Notes under the pieces: generated by a model
Databases searched by the model: none
What the model saw: the letters and a program-made list of their open reading frames with translations, nothing else
What the model was told of the DNA's origin: nothing
Shown: positions 1 through 8,838 of the stretch, one piece after another
Position numbering within the stretch: position 1 is the first letter of the stretch
Layout of the letters: each line of letters starts with the position of its first letter
Position numbers and translations under genes: made by a program
IMG/VR virus record: IMGVR_UViG_3300032245_001228
DNA from: an uncultured virus (IMG/VR IMGVR_UViG_3300032245_001228)
Taxonomy: Duplodnaviria; Heunggongvirae; Uroviricota; Caudoviricetes
Reading direction: 5' to 3' (one strand)
DNA length: 64,000 bases

Positions 1-1056
1 TCCAAATACTTTACCTCTAGATTCAACTGTTTTATTAATTGCCTCTGTTGTTTCTCCAACTTTTAATATAGGTTGAGGTTTTTTATTTATTGGCAAGTTT
101 GCTTTAATAGATTCTCTTTCAGATAAAACTGATTCTCTAACTTCATCTATTGTTTTCATAGCTGATTGCATTGCGGGTGTTTGCGGTTCATTTAAATCAA
201 AACCAACACTTGCAAGAATATGATTTTTAAGAGCAGAATATTTATCTTGATGAACAAAATTTAATTTTTGTCTTCTACCTAAGTTTTGTAGTGTACTTTT
301 TGCATTAGACGAATCAAAAGGACTATCAACTATAGCTTGAGTTAATTCTTTGAATCTTGGAAAATCATTTATATTTGTTGTTATTGGACGATTTGCAGTT
401 GGTACAGGTAAGTTTATTACTGGAGAATTTGCAGCTATTCCAGGTAAGTGAAGCGGATAAGGGCTTTTGTATCCAGTTTTTCCAACCATCAATTCATAAA
501 CAGCTGGATGATTTTTTTGCAGCATTTTAATATCTTCAGCTATTTCATCATGCGATACTCTCATGCTTACAAAGCCCCTTGGCTTAGATGGCCAAGGACT
601 ATTCCAACTATCTTTAATAAAGTAATTAACTTCGCCCGTCTCACGTAATCTTATAATCGAATGCTTGCCTTCTTGAGCCCCTAAAGCATGTTTGGACCAA
701 TCAATCTCACCGGTTATTTCACTTATAAAATTATAACCAGTAGTAAATCTACCTGAGATTTTATCGGTAAATTTTACGTTCTGATGTAAATTTGCTGGGT
801 CCATTGGTGCTAGTAAATGAGATATACCCGTATCTTTATGATACAGAGCCGCTATTACTCTGTCTCTTTCTTCTAGCGACGATGGATAGGCTGTGTATGC
901 TTTACCTGGTCCATGATTGCCTCTACCACTGCCACCTTTGAATTCAATTTTAGTAACATTCCTTAAATTATCTTCTATCGCTTTAAAGGTTTCTGGGTTG
1001 TTATTTATTGGATCAAAATGCAATTTCCAACCGGTAGAAGTACTAATTTTAGCCAT
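1..1056 (-). CDS. Protein with N-terminal OspF/SpvC/LanKC-N-like phosphothreonine lyase domain (3' end runs off the window)
   Basis: Not in the ORF track. ATG at 1056 overlaps the upstream stop (TAATG) and the frame stays open to position 1. Manual translation: MAKISTSTGWKLHFDP...KIEFKGGSGRGNHGPGKAYTAYPSSLEERDRVIAAL...KISGRF, matching GWKxH / FK / GKxxTxYP / R[YF] of class III-IV lanthipeptide lyase domains. Confidence 0.6.
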   Translation of the reverse strand, partial: MAKISTSTGWKLHFDPINNNPETFKAIEDNLRNVTKIEFKGGSGRGNHGPGKAYTAYPSSLEERDRVIAALYHKDTGISHLLAPMDPANLHQNVKFTDKISGRFTTGYNFISEITGEIDWSKHALGAQEGKHSIIRLRETGEVNYFIKDSWNSPWPSKPRGFVSMRVSHDEIAEDIKMLQKNHPAVYELMVGKTGYKSPYPLHLPGIAANSPVINLPVPTANRPITTNINDFPRFKELTQAIVDSPFDSSNAKSTLQNLGRRQKLNFVHQDKYSALKNHILASVGFDLNEPQTPAMQSAMKTIDEVRESVLSERESIKANLPINKKPQPILKVGETTEAINKTVESRGKVFG

Positions 1057-2499
1057 TAGAATCTCTTACCTAAAATAGTTGCAGCAGCAGCAGCATCTCT
1101 TAATAAACCAGATTTAGCAATGCCTCCAGCAACAGCAGCAGATGCATCCATAGATGTTTCTAATAAACGACTAGATCCTCTATTCATAAGAAATCTCTCT
1201 ACTTTATCAGATTTTGAAATCGCACCTGCCAGGCCTTCGTCTAACCCTTTTGCTTTTTGTGCAACACGAGCAGTATAATGAGACATATCGTCTGTTCCGT
1301 ATTTCTGGGTTTGCTTGAAGATAAGCAAGCGCCGTTTCTCTGCCTCCCTTTTCATATTCATCTGCCATTCTAGAAAATCGATGAAACTGATGCCCTTCTG
1401 GAAGGCCAGCCATAAATGCTCCGCCTCTTGGACCTCTAGCTAATTGTCCTTCTAACGATTCAACAAGCTTTATATTTTTTCCAACTGCAACACTTTCAAT
1501 AGCATTGTCTACAGCTTCATGACCTCTTCCCATTAATACTGATCTATCTATAATCTCTCTGCCGATAGAACTTTCTTCTGCGAAAATACCATGTCTAGTC
1601 ATCATTTGTAACACTAATTTTTCAGATTCACCCCTAGACATTCCAGCAGGAATAGCTACTCTATCTAAGACATCTTGAGTTCCTTTAATTGCTCTAGCTG
1701 AGGTATCTGGTACGTTAATATCTGGAAAAACATTTTTTGTATCAGCTGAAGTTAAGTAAACAGAAAAATCATCACCTCTAGCACTAACTTGATTATTTAC
1801 AGAATCTTTAAATCCTGTTCTAGCATCCCATCCATATGAATGTCCCGCTAAAGAATCACCCGCTGTAACCTGTCCAAAACCAGTTGTTCTTATTTTATCT
1901 CCAATTTCAATAGTAGAACTTAGACTGTGATGCAAGAAATATGATCTTCCATCTGGTGCATAATGAATGCTTCCATTAGCAAAATCTACAGCTGTTTTAC
2001 CAGCAGCTTCTTTTTCTACTGGGGACACCACCCTAAATCCTTTGCTAGACATCCAACTAGAATCATCTGGGGCATCCATATCAAAAGCTAGATTTGTTAA
2101 ATCTACAGGTTCTACTCTATAAACTAAAGGTGATCCACCGGACCTTTTTGCGGCCTTTTCTGCGTATGCTCTTGCTCTATCTATATCTTGGGTGGCAAAA
2201 GCGTTGCTTGTTAAATTAGTTAAGTGTTCGCTATTATGGACAGAAGGAACGCCCGCTACTTCTGCTGGAGCAATAACATCTCCTAAATTAAAAGCACTTG
2301 AGGTTCCATGAAACATTGGCAGAGTGGGATCAAATGGTTTGCCTGTCATTGCATTGATTGGCAAATCACTTAAACTTGCTACTGCGTCACCGGCAATTGT
2401 ATTATCAACTGCACCTCTAGGCATAGGGGGATTAACTCTAATTCTGGGCCTAGGCGGATCAACTTTGATCCTAGGTCTTCCATTATCAAAAACGCCCAT
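1056..2499 (-). CDS. Arr-like ADP-ribosyltransferase domain protein, second degenerate ART-like repeat, frameshift near 1300
   Basis: MFHGTSSAFNLGDVIAP...AFATQDIDRARAYA...VYRVEP...SWMSSKGFRVV resembles the rifampin ADP-ribosyltransferase fold. ORFs 1207..2511 and 1056..1361 join near ANPE/KYGTDD. Likely start is ATG 2499 after GAGG. Confidence 0.65.
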
Positions 2500-2517
2500 A
2501 AAAATCCTCAAGACTTA

Positions 2518-2524
2518 TTACTAT
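2518..2524 (+). promoter_or_regulatory. TTACTAT motif (putative late promoter) upstream of 2561 gene
   Basis: Same motif recurs upstream of several genes in coding orientation. Confidence 0.4.
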
Positions 2525-2532
2525 TTGATTCT

Positions 2533-2540
2533 ATAGTAAC
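2533..2540 (-). promoter_or_regulatory. GTTACTAT motif (putative late promoter) upstream of ART gene
   Basis: ATAGTAAC on + strand; recurs at 8796, 15996, 22523, 24211, 24234. Confidence 0.5.
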
Positions 2541-2560
2541 TATATTTTAGGAGGTGTGTA

Positions 2561-2776
2561 ATGGCCGGCAAAAAACCAGCTAAAGTTAATTCGTCAAATA
2601 AAGTAAAACAACCAGAACAAATTGGTAAAATAATTAAATATATTGGCGCATTTAAAGGAGTTTTCCATATTTGCCCGACCTGCAATAGTAAAGTAAATAG
2701 AGGCTTGGTTTACGAGCACAATAATGTGACCTATTGCACTAGAAATTGCATACCTAAAGCTAACGTGGTACTATAA
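2561..2776 (+). CDS. Small Zn-ribbon protein
   Basis: AGGAGG RBS; CPTC...CTRNC. Confidence 0.7.
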   Translation: MAGKKPAKVNSSNKVKQPEQIGKIIKYIGAFKGVFHICPTCNSKVNRGLVYEHNNVTYCTRNCIPKANVVL

Positions 2777-2780
2777 TATC

Positions 2781-3170
2781 ATGCAAAACTATTGGCTTTC
2801 TGATGTTAATTATCAAAAAACATTAATTAAAAATATTAGTGAAGCTGCAAAAAAGGCCGTCCCTGAAGACAATGAGCCAGAAGACGATTCTGAAGATACA
2901 CCAAAATCAAACTTAACTGAACGTCAAAATATGATGTATGAAAACTACGAGTCAGTAGTCGAAATGCATGGAATGTTTGACCAATCCTCAAAAGCCAATG
3001 GTGCCCACTATGCTCCAGGTCAACTAAACCCTTTTAAGAATGAGGGATTAATTTGTGGTAATTGTGTATTTTTTCAGGGCGGCGGCGGATGCGAAATTGT
3101 TTCTGGCAGAATAGATCCTAATGGTATTTGCAAATTATGGATCATACCACAGGAGTTAATTAAAAAATAA
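2781..3170 (+). CDS. Protein with C-terminal HiPIP-like four-Cys domain
   Basis: CGNCVFFQGGGGCEIVSGRIDPNGICKLW follows the Cx2C...C...GxC spacing of high-potential iron-sulfur proteins. Confidence 0.6.
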   Translation: MQNYWLSDVNYQKTLIKNISEAAKKAVPEDNEPEDDSEDTPKSNLTERQNMMYENYESVVEMHGMFDQSSKANGAHYAPGQLNPFKNEGLICGNCVFFQGGGGCEIVSGRIDPNGICKLWIIPQELIKK

Positions 3171-3415
3171 TGAGAGTATGGATTGACCAAGACTTATGTA
3201 CTGGAGATGGACTATGCGCAGAGATAGCACCAGATGTATTTCATATGATGCCAGATGGTCTTGCGTATGTAAAAGAAGGAAACAAGATTTATGCGGACGC
3301 TGTGGGGAACCCCCAAGGAGCCGCTGGTCTCGCTTCTTTTCCAGACGATAGACTTTCAGACGTTATCGAGGCAGCTGAAGAGTGCCCGGGTGAGTGCATT
3401 TTCCTAGAGCCATAG
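3170..3415 (+). CDS. Single-cluster ferredoxin (3Fe-4S/4Fe-4S), actinobacterial type
   Basis: MRVWIDQDLCTGDGLCAEIAPDVF...AAEECPGECI; Cx2Dx2C...CP. Confidence 0.92.
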   Translation: MRVWIDQDLCTGDGLCAEIAPDVFHMMPDGLAYVKEGNKIYADAVGNPQGAAGLASFPDDRLSDVIEAAEECPGECIFLEP

Positions 3416-3416
3416 A

Positions 3417-3424
3417 TTACTATA
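3417..3424 (+). promoter_or_regulatory. TTACTATA motif upstream of 3452 gene
   Basis: Recurrent motif, followed by a GGAGG RBS. Confidence 0.4.
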
Positions 3425-3451
3425 CCAATTATACAAAATTGGAGGTTATGT

Positions 3452-3709
3452 ATGGAACAAATTAAGAATATAATTATGCGTATTGTGGCTACTTTTGCGG
3501 CTTCAGGTCTTGGAGTAGTAGGTGCAGGAACAATTGCCGGAGTTCCTCTTTGGAAAGCTGTTTTTATGGCTGGTATTGCGGGCGTTGCCACAGTAGTAGA
3601 GGGTCTATCAAGAGCATTTCTTGATGACGGAAAATTATCTGTCGCTGAAATAAATCAAGTTTTTAATGGTATAGACAAGAATGCCAGAAAAGCTGCAGAT
3701 GCCAAATGA
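3452..3709 (+). CDS. Small two-TM membrane protein (holin-like)
   Basis: GGAGG RBS; two hydrophobic segments and a charged C-terminus. Confidence 0.65.
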   Translation: MEQIKNIIMRIVATFAASGLGVVGAGTIAGVPLWKAVFMAGIAGVATVVEGLSRAFLDDGKLSVAEINQVFNGIDKNARKAADAK

Positions 3710-3945
3710 AGAAACTAGCTTTAGTAGCTGGAATATTTCTTTTATCCGCATGTGGCTACGATGGAGGCTACAGGTACTCGTGTCAAGATCCAGAAAATTG
3801 GGAAGCACCAGAATGCAATCCTCCGCTTTGCAATGTAGATGGCAATTGCACAGAAGCATTGCTTGGATTCGATCCAAACTTACAAGATTTAGTAAATCCA
3901 GATTTACAAGAACTACTTCCAACAGAGGAGACGACCATACCATGA
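3706..3945 (+). CDS. Small Cys-containing lipoprotein
   Basis: MKK, hydrophobic stretch, lipobox LSAC; ATGA overlaps at both ends. Confidence 0.75.
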   Translation: MKKLALVAGIFLLSACGYDGGYRYSCQDPENWEAPECNPPLCNVDGNCTEALLGFDPNLQDLVNPDLQELLPTEETTIP

Positions 3946-4223
3946 AGAAAAAGCTTACACCACAAGATTTAGACGCACGCTTAAAGTTCGTTGTTGGGTG
4001 TGTTTTAGCAGGAGTTCTCACACTTACCACAGTTGGTGTATTATATGCTTTGGTATTTGTTACACAACCGATTGGTGCTCAAGCTGAAAATGATAAGATG
4101 TTCTTTAGCGTTCTTTCTTCAGTGGCAACATTCATTACTGGAACACTTGCTGGTTTAATGATCTCAACTGGACGCAACGCAGAAGATAAGAATGGAAATG
4201 GAATTCCTGACGATCAAGAATAG
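3942..4223 (+). CDS. Two-TM membrane protein
   Basis: Start MKKKLTPQDL at an ATGA overlap; two TM helices. The longer 3681 start is unlikely. Confidence 0.75.
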   Translation: MKKKLTPQDLDARLKFVVGCVLAGVLTLTTVGVLYALVFVTQPIGAQAENDKMFFSVLSSVATFITGTLAGLMISTGRNAEDKNGNGIPDDQE

Positions 4224-4231
4224 CTAGTAAA

Positions 4232-4864
4232 ATGTCTATAGAATCTAGTGCTTGGAAAAATTGTAAAGATGAAGATCTTTGGATATTTGATAAATTAATA
4301 GTTGCTAGACGTTGTGGTTATTTATGTGGACCAAGTGGTCTTGAAGTTCCTTCTCCTGGTCAATACTTTGTTAAGCCAGTGACCAATATTGAAGGAATGA
4401 GCAAAAACGCTCGAATTGAATATATTGAAAAAACAACCGATCATCTACATCCCGGTGAATTTTGGTGTGAGATATTTACCGGTGATCACATCAGCATTGA
4501 CTACAATGGCTATAATCCAGTATTATCAGTAATTGGAACTAAACACGAAAAACATCCACATACCAGATTTACTCATTGGAAAAAAACTGAACAAGTTTAC
4601 AAGCTTCCATCTTTTATTGGATTAATGCCATTGCGATACAAAACCATTAATTGTGAATTCATCGGTGGAAATTTGATTGAAATACACTTGCGCGAAAATC
4701 CTGATTTTGCGTATGGCAATTCAGAAATTATTCCAGTATGGAAAGATGAAAGCAAAGATTCTCCAGAAACATCCTTTGCCAATACTCGCTTAATAAGAGA
4801 TGGTTATAGATTCATAAGCGATGATGGACAAGAAATGGACAGATTAGGAATCTGGGTCAAATAA
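4232..4864 (+). CDS. Phage ATP-grasp-like protein
   Basis: LWIFDKL...GYLCGP...YFVKP...FWCEIFTGDHISID...INCEFIGGNLIEIHLRENPD resembles a family seen in T4-like aquatic phages. Confidence 0.6.
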   Translation: MSIESSAWKNCKDEDLWIFDKLIVARRCGYLCGPSGLEVPSPGQYFVKPVTNIEGMSKNARIEYIEKTTDHLHPGEFWCEIFTGDHISIDYNGYNPVLSVIGTKHEKHPHTRFTHWKKTEQVYKLPSFIGLMPLRYKTINCEFIGGNLIEIHLRENPDFAYGNSEIIPVWKDESKDSPETSFANTRLIRDGYRFISDDGQEMDRLGIWVK

Positions 4865-4963
4865 TATTTTTATTTTAATTTTCCTATATAGGTAAAAAAT
4901 GGGAAAAAATTTTTTAGGCCAAATTGGTTTTTAACTTTTTTTTATGGCTGGGAAATTATATTA

Positions 4964-7900
4964 TTATTCTGTGTCGTCGTTCTTTAAAAGAACATGTATG
5001 TAATGAACAGCTAATGCAACACCTGTTGCTATCATGGCTGTCTTTCTTGTGTCGCCGGACAATGTAATGAATACTACAACGCTACCAGCTAATGTAAATG
5101 ATAGTGCTGCTGTTTCGTTGACAAACTTCCTTACCAGTCCGAGCCAACTTATTTTTCTTTTCCATGTACCCTCCTCTAGGTAGTAATTAAATATGCTATT
5201 TCTTGTGTACTCTTTATCGTCTTCGTCGTCCAAACCAGCTATTTCTCCTGCTGGTTCTTCGCCTTCTTCTTCTCTTCTACTGCGTCCTTCTGGACTAGTA
5301 CTGCCAGATCCCCCTGAACCACCACCAGATCCACCTGTAGAGCCTCCAGAAGGCCCTCCAGTGGCTGCAGCTCCAACAACGCCAGCAACAGCTGTAGTGG
5401 CTGCTATAAGCGTTCTACGGCTTCCTACGTCAACCTGTGAGCCAACTGGAACGTAGTCATCCAGACCCTCACCATAGATGTCAATGGTAGCTTCAAAAGT
5501 ATTTTTAATTTCTTCAGGAGCATTAGTTACAGCCTCAACAAGTGCTGCCTCTTGCTCCTGGGTCAGGTCTCCAACAGGAATAGTTTCGAACACAGCTTCA
5601 GCTTGAGTAGTATCAATACTTTCGAGAACTTTAGAACTGCTGGCAAGGGCGGTTGCCTGGTCTTCTGTTACGCCGTTTTCAAGTACTGCATCAACAGCTT
5701 CAGCAACTTGTTCTTCAGATACAGTATCGGATTCAAGAACATTTAAAACTTCAGCAAATTGCTCATCAGTAATATCTTCGGTAATAATAGAATCTATAAC
5801 TGCAGTGAATTGTTCATCAGACAATGGCTCATCAAAAACCGCATCAAGAACTGCAGCAAATTCTTCTACAGAAACGTCAGCTGACAATATCGCATCAAGT
5901 GCTGCCACTAATACTTCTGGATCTGCGTCTGCAGTAAACACTGCATTCAGAACTTCGGTCAACTGTTCAACAGATATATCAGAAGTAAAAATATCTTCTA
6001 GTACTGCGGCCACTTCCTCTGAAGAAGTAGTATCTATATTATCTATAATATTATTTATTTCTTCATCAGTAAAATCAGTTGTTTCATCTGGTATAGTATC
6101 TACAGGAGGTTCAGTTGATTCTGTTTCAGGTTCTGTTGTTGTTGTATCTGGCTCTGTCGTTGTTGTTGTTGTTTCTTCAGGCAGCGTCGCCTCTGTGGTT
6201 GTTGTGGTCTCTTCTGGGATTGTGGTCTCTGGCTCAGGCGCTACAGGGACGACTACTGCCACTGGCTCTGTGGTCGTTGTTGGCGGTTCCGTCGTTGTTG
6301 TTGTTGAACTACTTGTAGAAGTTGAATTTGGATCAACAGTAGTACTCGTAGAGTTTGGGTCAATCGTACTACTTGTAGATGAACTTGTTGTATTTGGAAC
6401 AGTTGTTGTAGTAGTGGTTGTTGTGGTTGTAGTAGTAGTCGTAGTTGTTGTGGTTGTAGTTGTGGTAACTACAGTATTTGAGTCATCTACGTATGAATAT
6501 CCACCAACAATATCTGTTCCGTTGTCGTCAAATGTATTATTGCGTGCAGTTGACCATGAGTTTACATCTACGCCATTATAAGACTTTGTTCCATTATTGA
6601 AGTAGTTGTCAAAGACTATTGCAATTGTGTTATTTCTAAATGTGTTTCCCTCGATTAATTGGTTGTCAACACCAGGGGTCCACGAGGTTGGAATCCACGA
6701 AAACGTCTTTACTGCATATGTATTTCCTGTAAATGTTGAATTCAATACCTGTAATCGGTTAAGTCCCTGAAGCTGGAGGGCTACACCGTTGCTTCTAAAT
6801 GTTGAATTATTAACTTTTACAAAACGTTCTGTCCCAACAGCTGTTCCATTGTTCTCAAATAAAGAATTATTTATATAGATGCGGTCTGAGTAGTCTGAAT
6901 CTGTCAAACTTTTTGTACTTGGTGTTGAACCATAGTCTGAGTTAAGTCCGCCGTTTAAATATGTAAATTCACAATTATTAAATGTTGAGACAGCACTATT
7001 TCTTTGATGCCATATGTAACCATTTGAAGCTGTGAACTTGACATTATTAACTACAAATGTTCCATTATTTGTCCATACAATTCCGCCAGTTGCGTTCTTG
7101 CCTCGCTTAAATGTCATATCTTCTATGGTTATAGTTCTTGAACCATTGTTATAAATAGAACGATATAAATTATCTCCATCAATGATTGTAGTTGTCATGC
7201 CTGTACCTGTGATCGTCACTGCATCAGTGATTGCTGGAAGATCAGATGTAAGCGTAATCGTCCCGGTATTATTTGCGTCGAACGTAATCGTATTTATCGT
7301 TGCAGAGGCATTTGCCGCGTTGATTGCCCAGCGCAATGAGCCAGCGGAGCCATCATCTAATAGATTAGTCACCTTGACAAATGTTGGAGCTGGGACTGTG
7401 ATAGAAGCTGGTGAGTTCGCTGTAAGTGATCCGATTGAATTTGTCTTTGTTACTTGGACTCGGATCTGCTTACCAACTTCTGTTGAGTTGACGACGTATG
7501 CAGAAGCTGTTGCACCAGAGATATTTGCCCATGTGCACGAAGCTGGGTCACAAGACTGCCATTGATATGTGGTTGATGTGACGGCTGAGCCACCATCTCC
7601 CCAAGTTCCATCGTTGGCTGTAAGGGTTTCGCCATACGCAATGTCTCCAGATATTGATGTTCCACCAGATGTGGTTGGGGCAGTGGCTCCCTGGAGGATT
7701 GCAAAAGATTGAGCAACTGTTGCTGCTGCTACATAAGAATTATTTGAGGAACTATTTGCAGAAATAATGCAAGTTCCAGTTTGATTAGCCAATACTGTAA
7801 CTGTTGCAGTAGACACTCCGTTGGCATTTGTTGATGAGCCAACCGTGCATTTGCTAGTGGTGCTTGAGGTAAAAGCAACTAGTTCCCCAGATGATGCCGA

Positions 7901-8779
7901 AGCTGTGATGCTAAACGTCTGATTTGATCCTGAACGGATTACGTCTGAAGGCTGAGCAAAAGTAATTGTATTTGGACTTGCAACAAAAATTGAAGGGTCA
8001 ATATACATTGATGCTCCAAGTGCTTTTCCGCCAGTTGCATCGTAAGTTCCGTTTACAAATCGGAATCTGTAATAACCACTACTAGGGACTACTCCTGTTG
8101 ATGTAGTCCAACCCTGGAGTTGTCCACGACCATAGGCAACAAGTGTTGATGTTGAATTAGAGCCGTAGTTATATCCACTCCCAGTTGATTGAACTTCTAC
8201 GAGATATCCATACGATTCATAGTCATCTCCGCCACCAGCAGCAGCCCAGTCAAATGAAATTGCTTGGCCCTGTGTTGCCGGAAATGCTTCTGTCCAAATC
8301 TCTGGACCAAATGCAGAACCATACGTTGCATGTCCGTTACATGAGTTTGAGTACGGACCAATATTTCCAGAAGAATAAAGTTGTAATACCCCAGAACGGT
8401 TATCATAAGCCTGATTTTGCCAAGTTGCATAGTACATCGTCTGCTGATTAGCCGCAGCTTCACCGCTTTCATACATTTGTGCAGTCTGTGTGTAGTTCTT
8501 ATTTGTTACATAAGAATATGGGTCACCAGATAATGCGTCAGTTCCAGACATTGTGTATGGTCCAATACCCTGCTTTGTCAATGCACCACACTGACTTCTA
8601 CTGGCCATAGAGCCAAGAACAACTTGTCCTGCTGTGGTATTTTCAAAAACTGGGGAAAGAGCATGAGCTGGTTTAGCCGATCCAATTGGCGGAACAAAAG
8701 ACCCTATTAAAAATAACGGAACAAAAATCCATGCGGCTTTGCGCGTAAAAGCATAGCGTAATCTATTAGTAATTTTCAT
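4964..8779 (-). CDS. Large exported, membrane-anchored surface protein (Ig-like domains, right-handed beta-helix, mucin-like Thr stalk, acidic repeats, C-terminal TM pair)
   Basis: N-terminal signal ending AHA; GSLRWAI plus xFxxN beta-helix repeats; poly-Thr; 17-aa acidic repeats; two C-terminal hydrophobic helices. Confidence 0.8.
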   Translation of the reverse strand: MKITNRLRYAFTRKAAWIFVPLFLIGSFVPPIGSAKPAHALSPVFENTTAGQVVLGSMASRSQCGALTKQGIGPYTMSGTDALSGDPYSYVTNKNYTQTAQMYESGEAAANQQTMYYATWQNQAYDNRSGVLQLYSSGNIGPYSNSCNGHATYGSAFGPEIWTEAFPATQGQAISFDWAAAGGGDDYESYGYLVEVQSTGSGYNYGSNSTSTLVAYGRGQLQGWTTSTGVVPSSGYYRFRFVNGTYDATGGKALGASMYIDPSIFVASPNTITFAQPSDVIRSGSNQTFSITASASSGELVAFTSSTTSKCTVGSSTNANGVSTATVTVLANQTGTCIISANSSSNNSYVAAATVAQSFAILQGATAPTTSGGTSISGDIAYGETLTANDGTWGDGGSAVTSTTYQWQSCDPASCTWANISGATASAYVVNSTEVGKQIRVQVTKTNSIGSLTANSPASITVPAPTFVKVTNLLDDGSAGSLRWAINAANASATINTITFDANNTGTITLTSDLPAITDAVTITGTGMTTTIIDGDNLYRSIYNNGSRTITIEDMTFKRGKNATGGIVWTNNGTFVVNNVKFTASNGYIWHQRNSAVSTFNNCEFTYLNGGLNSDYGSTPSTKSLTDSDYSDRIYINNSLFENNGTAVGTERFVKVNNSTFRSNGVALQLQGLNRLQVLNSTFTGNTYAVKTFSWIPTSWTPGVDNQLIEGNTFRNNTIAIVFDNYFNNGTKSYNGVDVNSWSTARNNTFDDNGTDIVGGYSYVDDSNTVVTTTTTTTTTTTTTTTTTTTTTTVPNTTSSSTSSTIDPNSTSTTVDPNSTSTSSSTTTTTEPPTTTTEPVAVVVPVAPEPETTIPEETTTTTEATLPEETTTTTTEPDTTTTEPETESTEPPVDTIPDETTDFTDEEINNIIDNIDTTSSEEVAAVLEDIFTSDISVEQLTEVLNAVFTADADPEVLVAALDAILSADVSVEEFAAVLDAVFDEPLSDEQFTAVIDSIITEDITDEQFAEVLNVLESDTVSEEQVAEAVDAVLENGVTEDQATALASSSKVLESIDTTQAEAVFETIPVGDLTQEQEAALVEAVTNAPEEIKNTFEATIDIYGEGLDDYVPVGSQVDVGSRRTLIAATTAVAGVVGAAATGGPSGGSTGGSGGGSGGSGSTSPEGRSRREEEGEEPAGEIAGLDDEDDKEYTRNSIFNYYLEEGTWKRKISWLGLVRKFVNETAALSFTLAGSVVVFITLSGDTRKTAMIATGVALAVHYIHVLLKNDDTE
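5650..6030 (-). repeat. About seven 17-aa acidic amphipathic repeats
   Basis: e.g. ISVEQLTEVLNAVFTAD / VSVEEFAAVLDAVFDEP / LSDEQFTAVIDSIITED; boundaries approximate. Confidence 0.7.
6401..6466 (-). repeat. 22 consecutive Thr codons
   Basis: (NGT)22 on + strand with mixed synonymous codons. Confidence 0.9.
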
Positions 8780-8795
8780 TGACCCTCCGCCAATG

Positions 8796-8803
8796 ATAGT
8801 AAC
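8796..8803 (-). promoter_or_regulatory. GTTACTAT motif upstream of surface-protein gene
   Basis: ATAGTAAC in the intergenic gap before the GGAGG RBS. Confidence 0.5.
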
Positions 8804-8838
8804 ACCTAACTTTTTTTTATAAAACTAAATATTTTATG

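Noticed and set aside
1..1056. Lanthipeptide biosynthetic cluster
   Set aside because: No kinase or cyclase motifs, precursor or transporter visible.
1680..2320. Rifampin resistance gene arr
   Set aside because: Only fold-level motifs inside a longer protein; Arr-specific sequence such as the NxTxKKFPGNPTxSYR loop is absent.
6401..6466. Microsatellite or contingency locus
   Set aside because: Thr codons are synonymously mixed, so the repeat is maintained at protein level.
5805..6581. Plus-strand Val/Ser-rich ORF (also 7182..7565, 12409..12927, 13357..13671)
   Set aside because: Antisense shadows of Thr/Pro-rich coding sequence.
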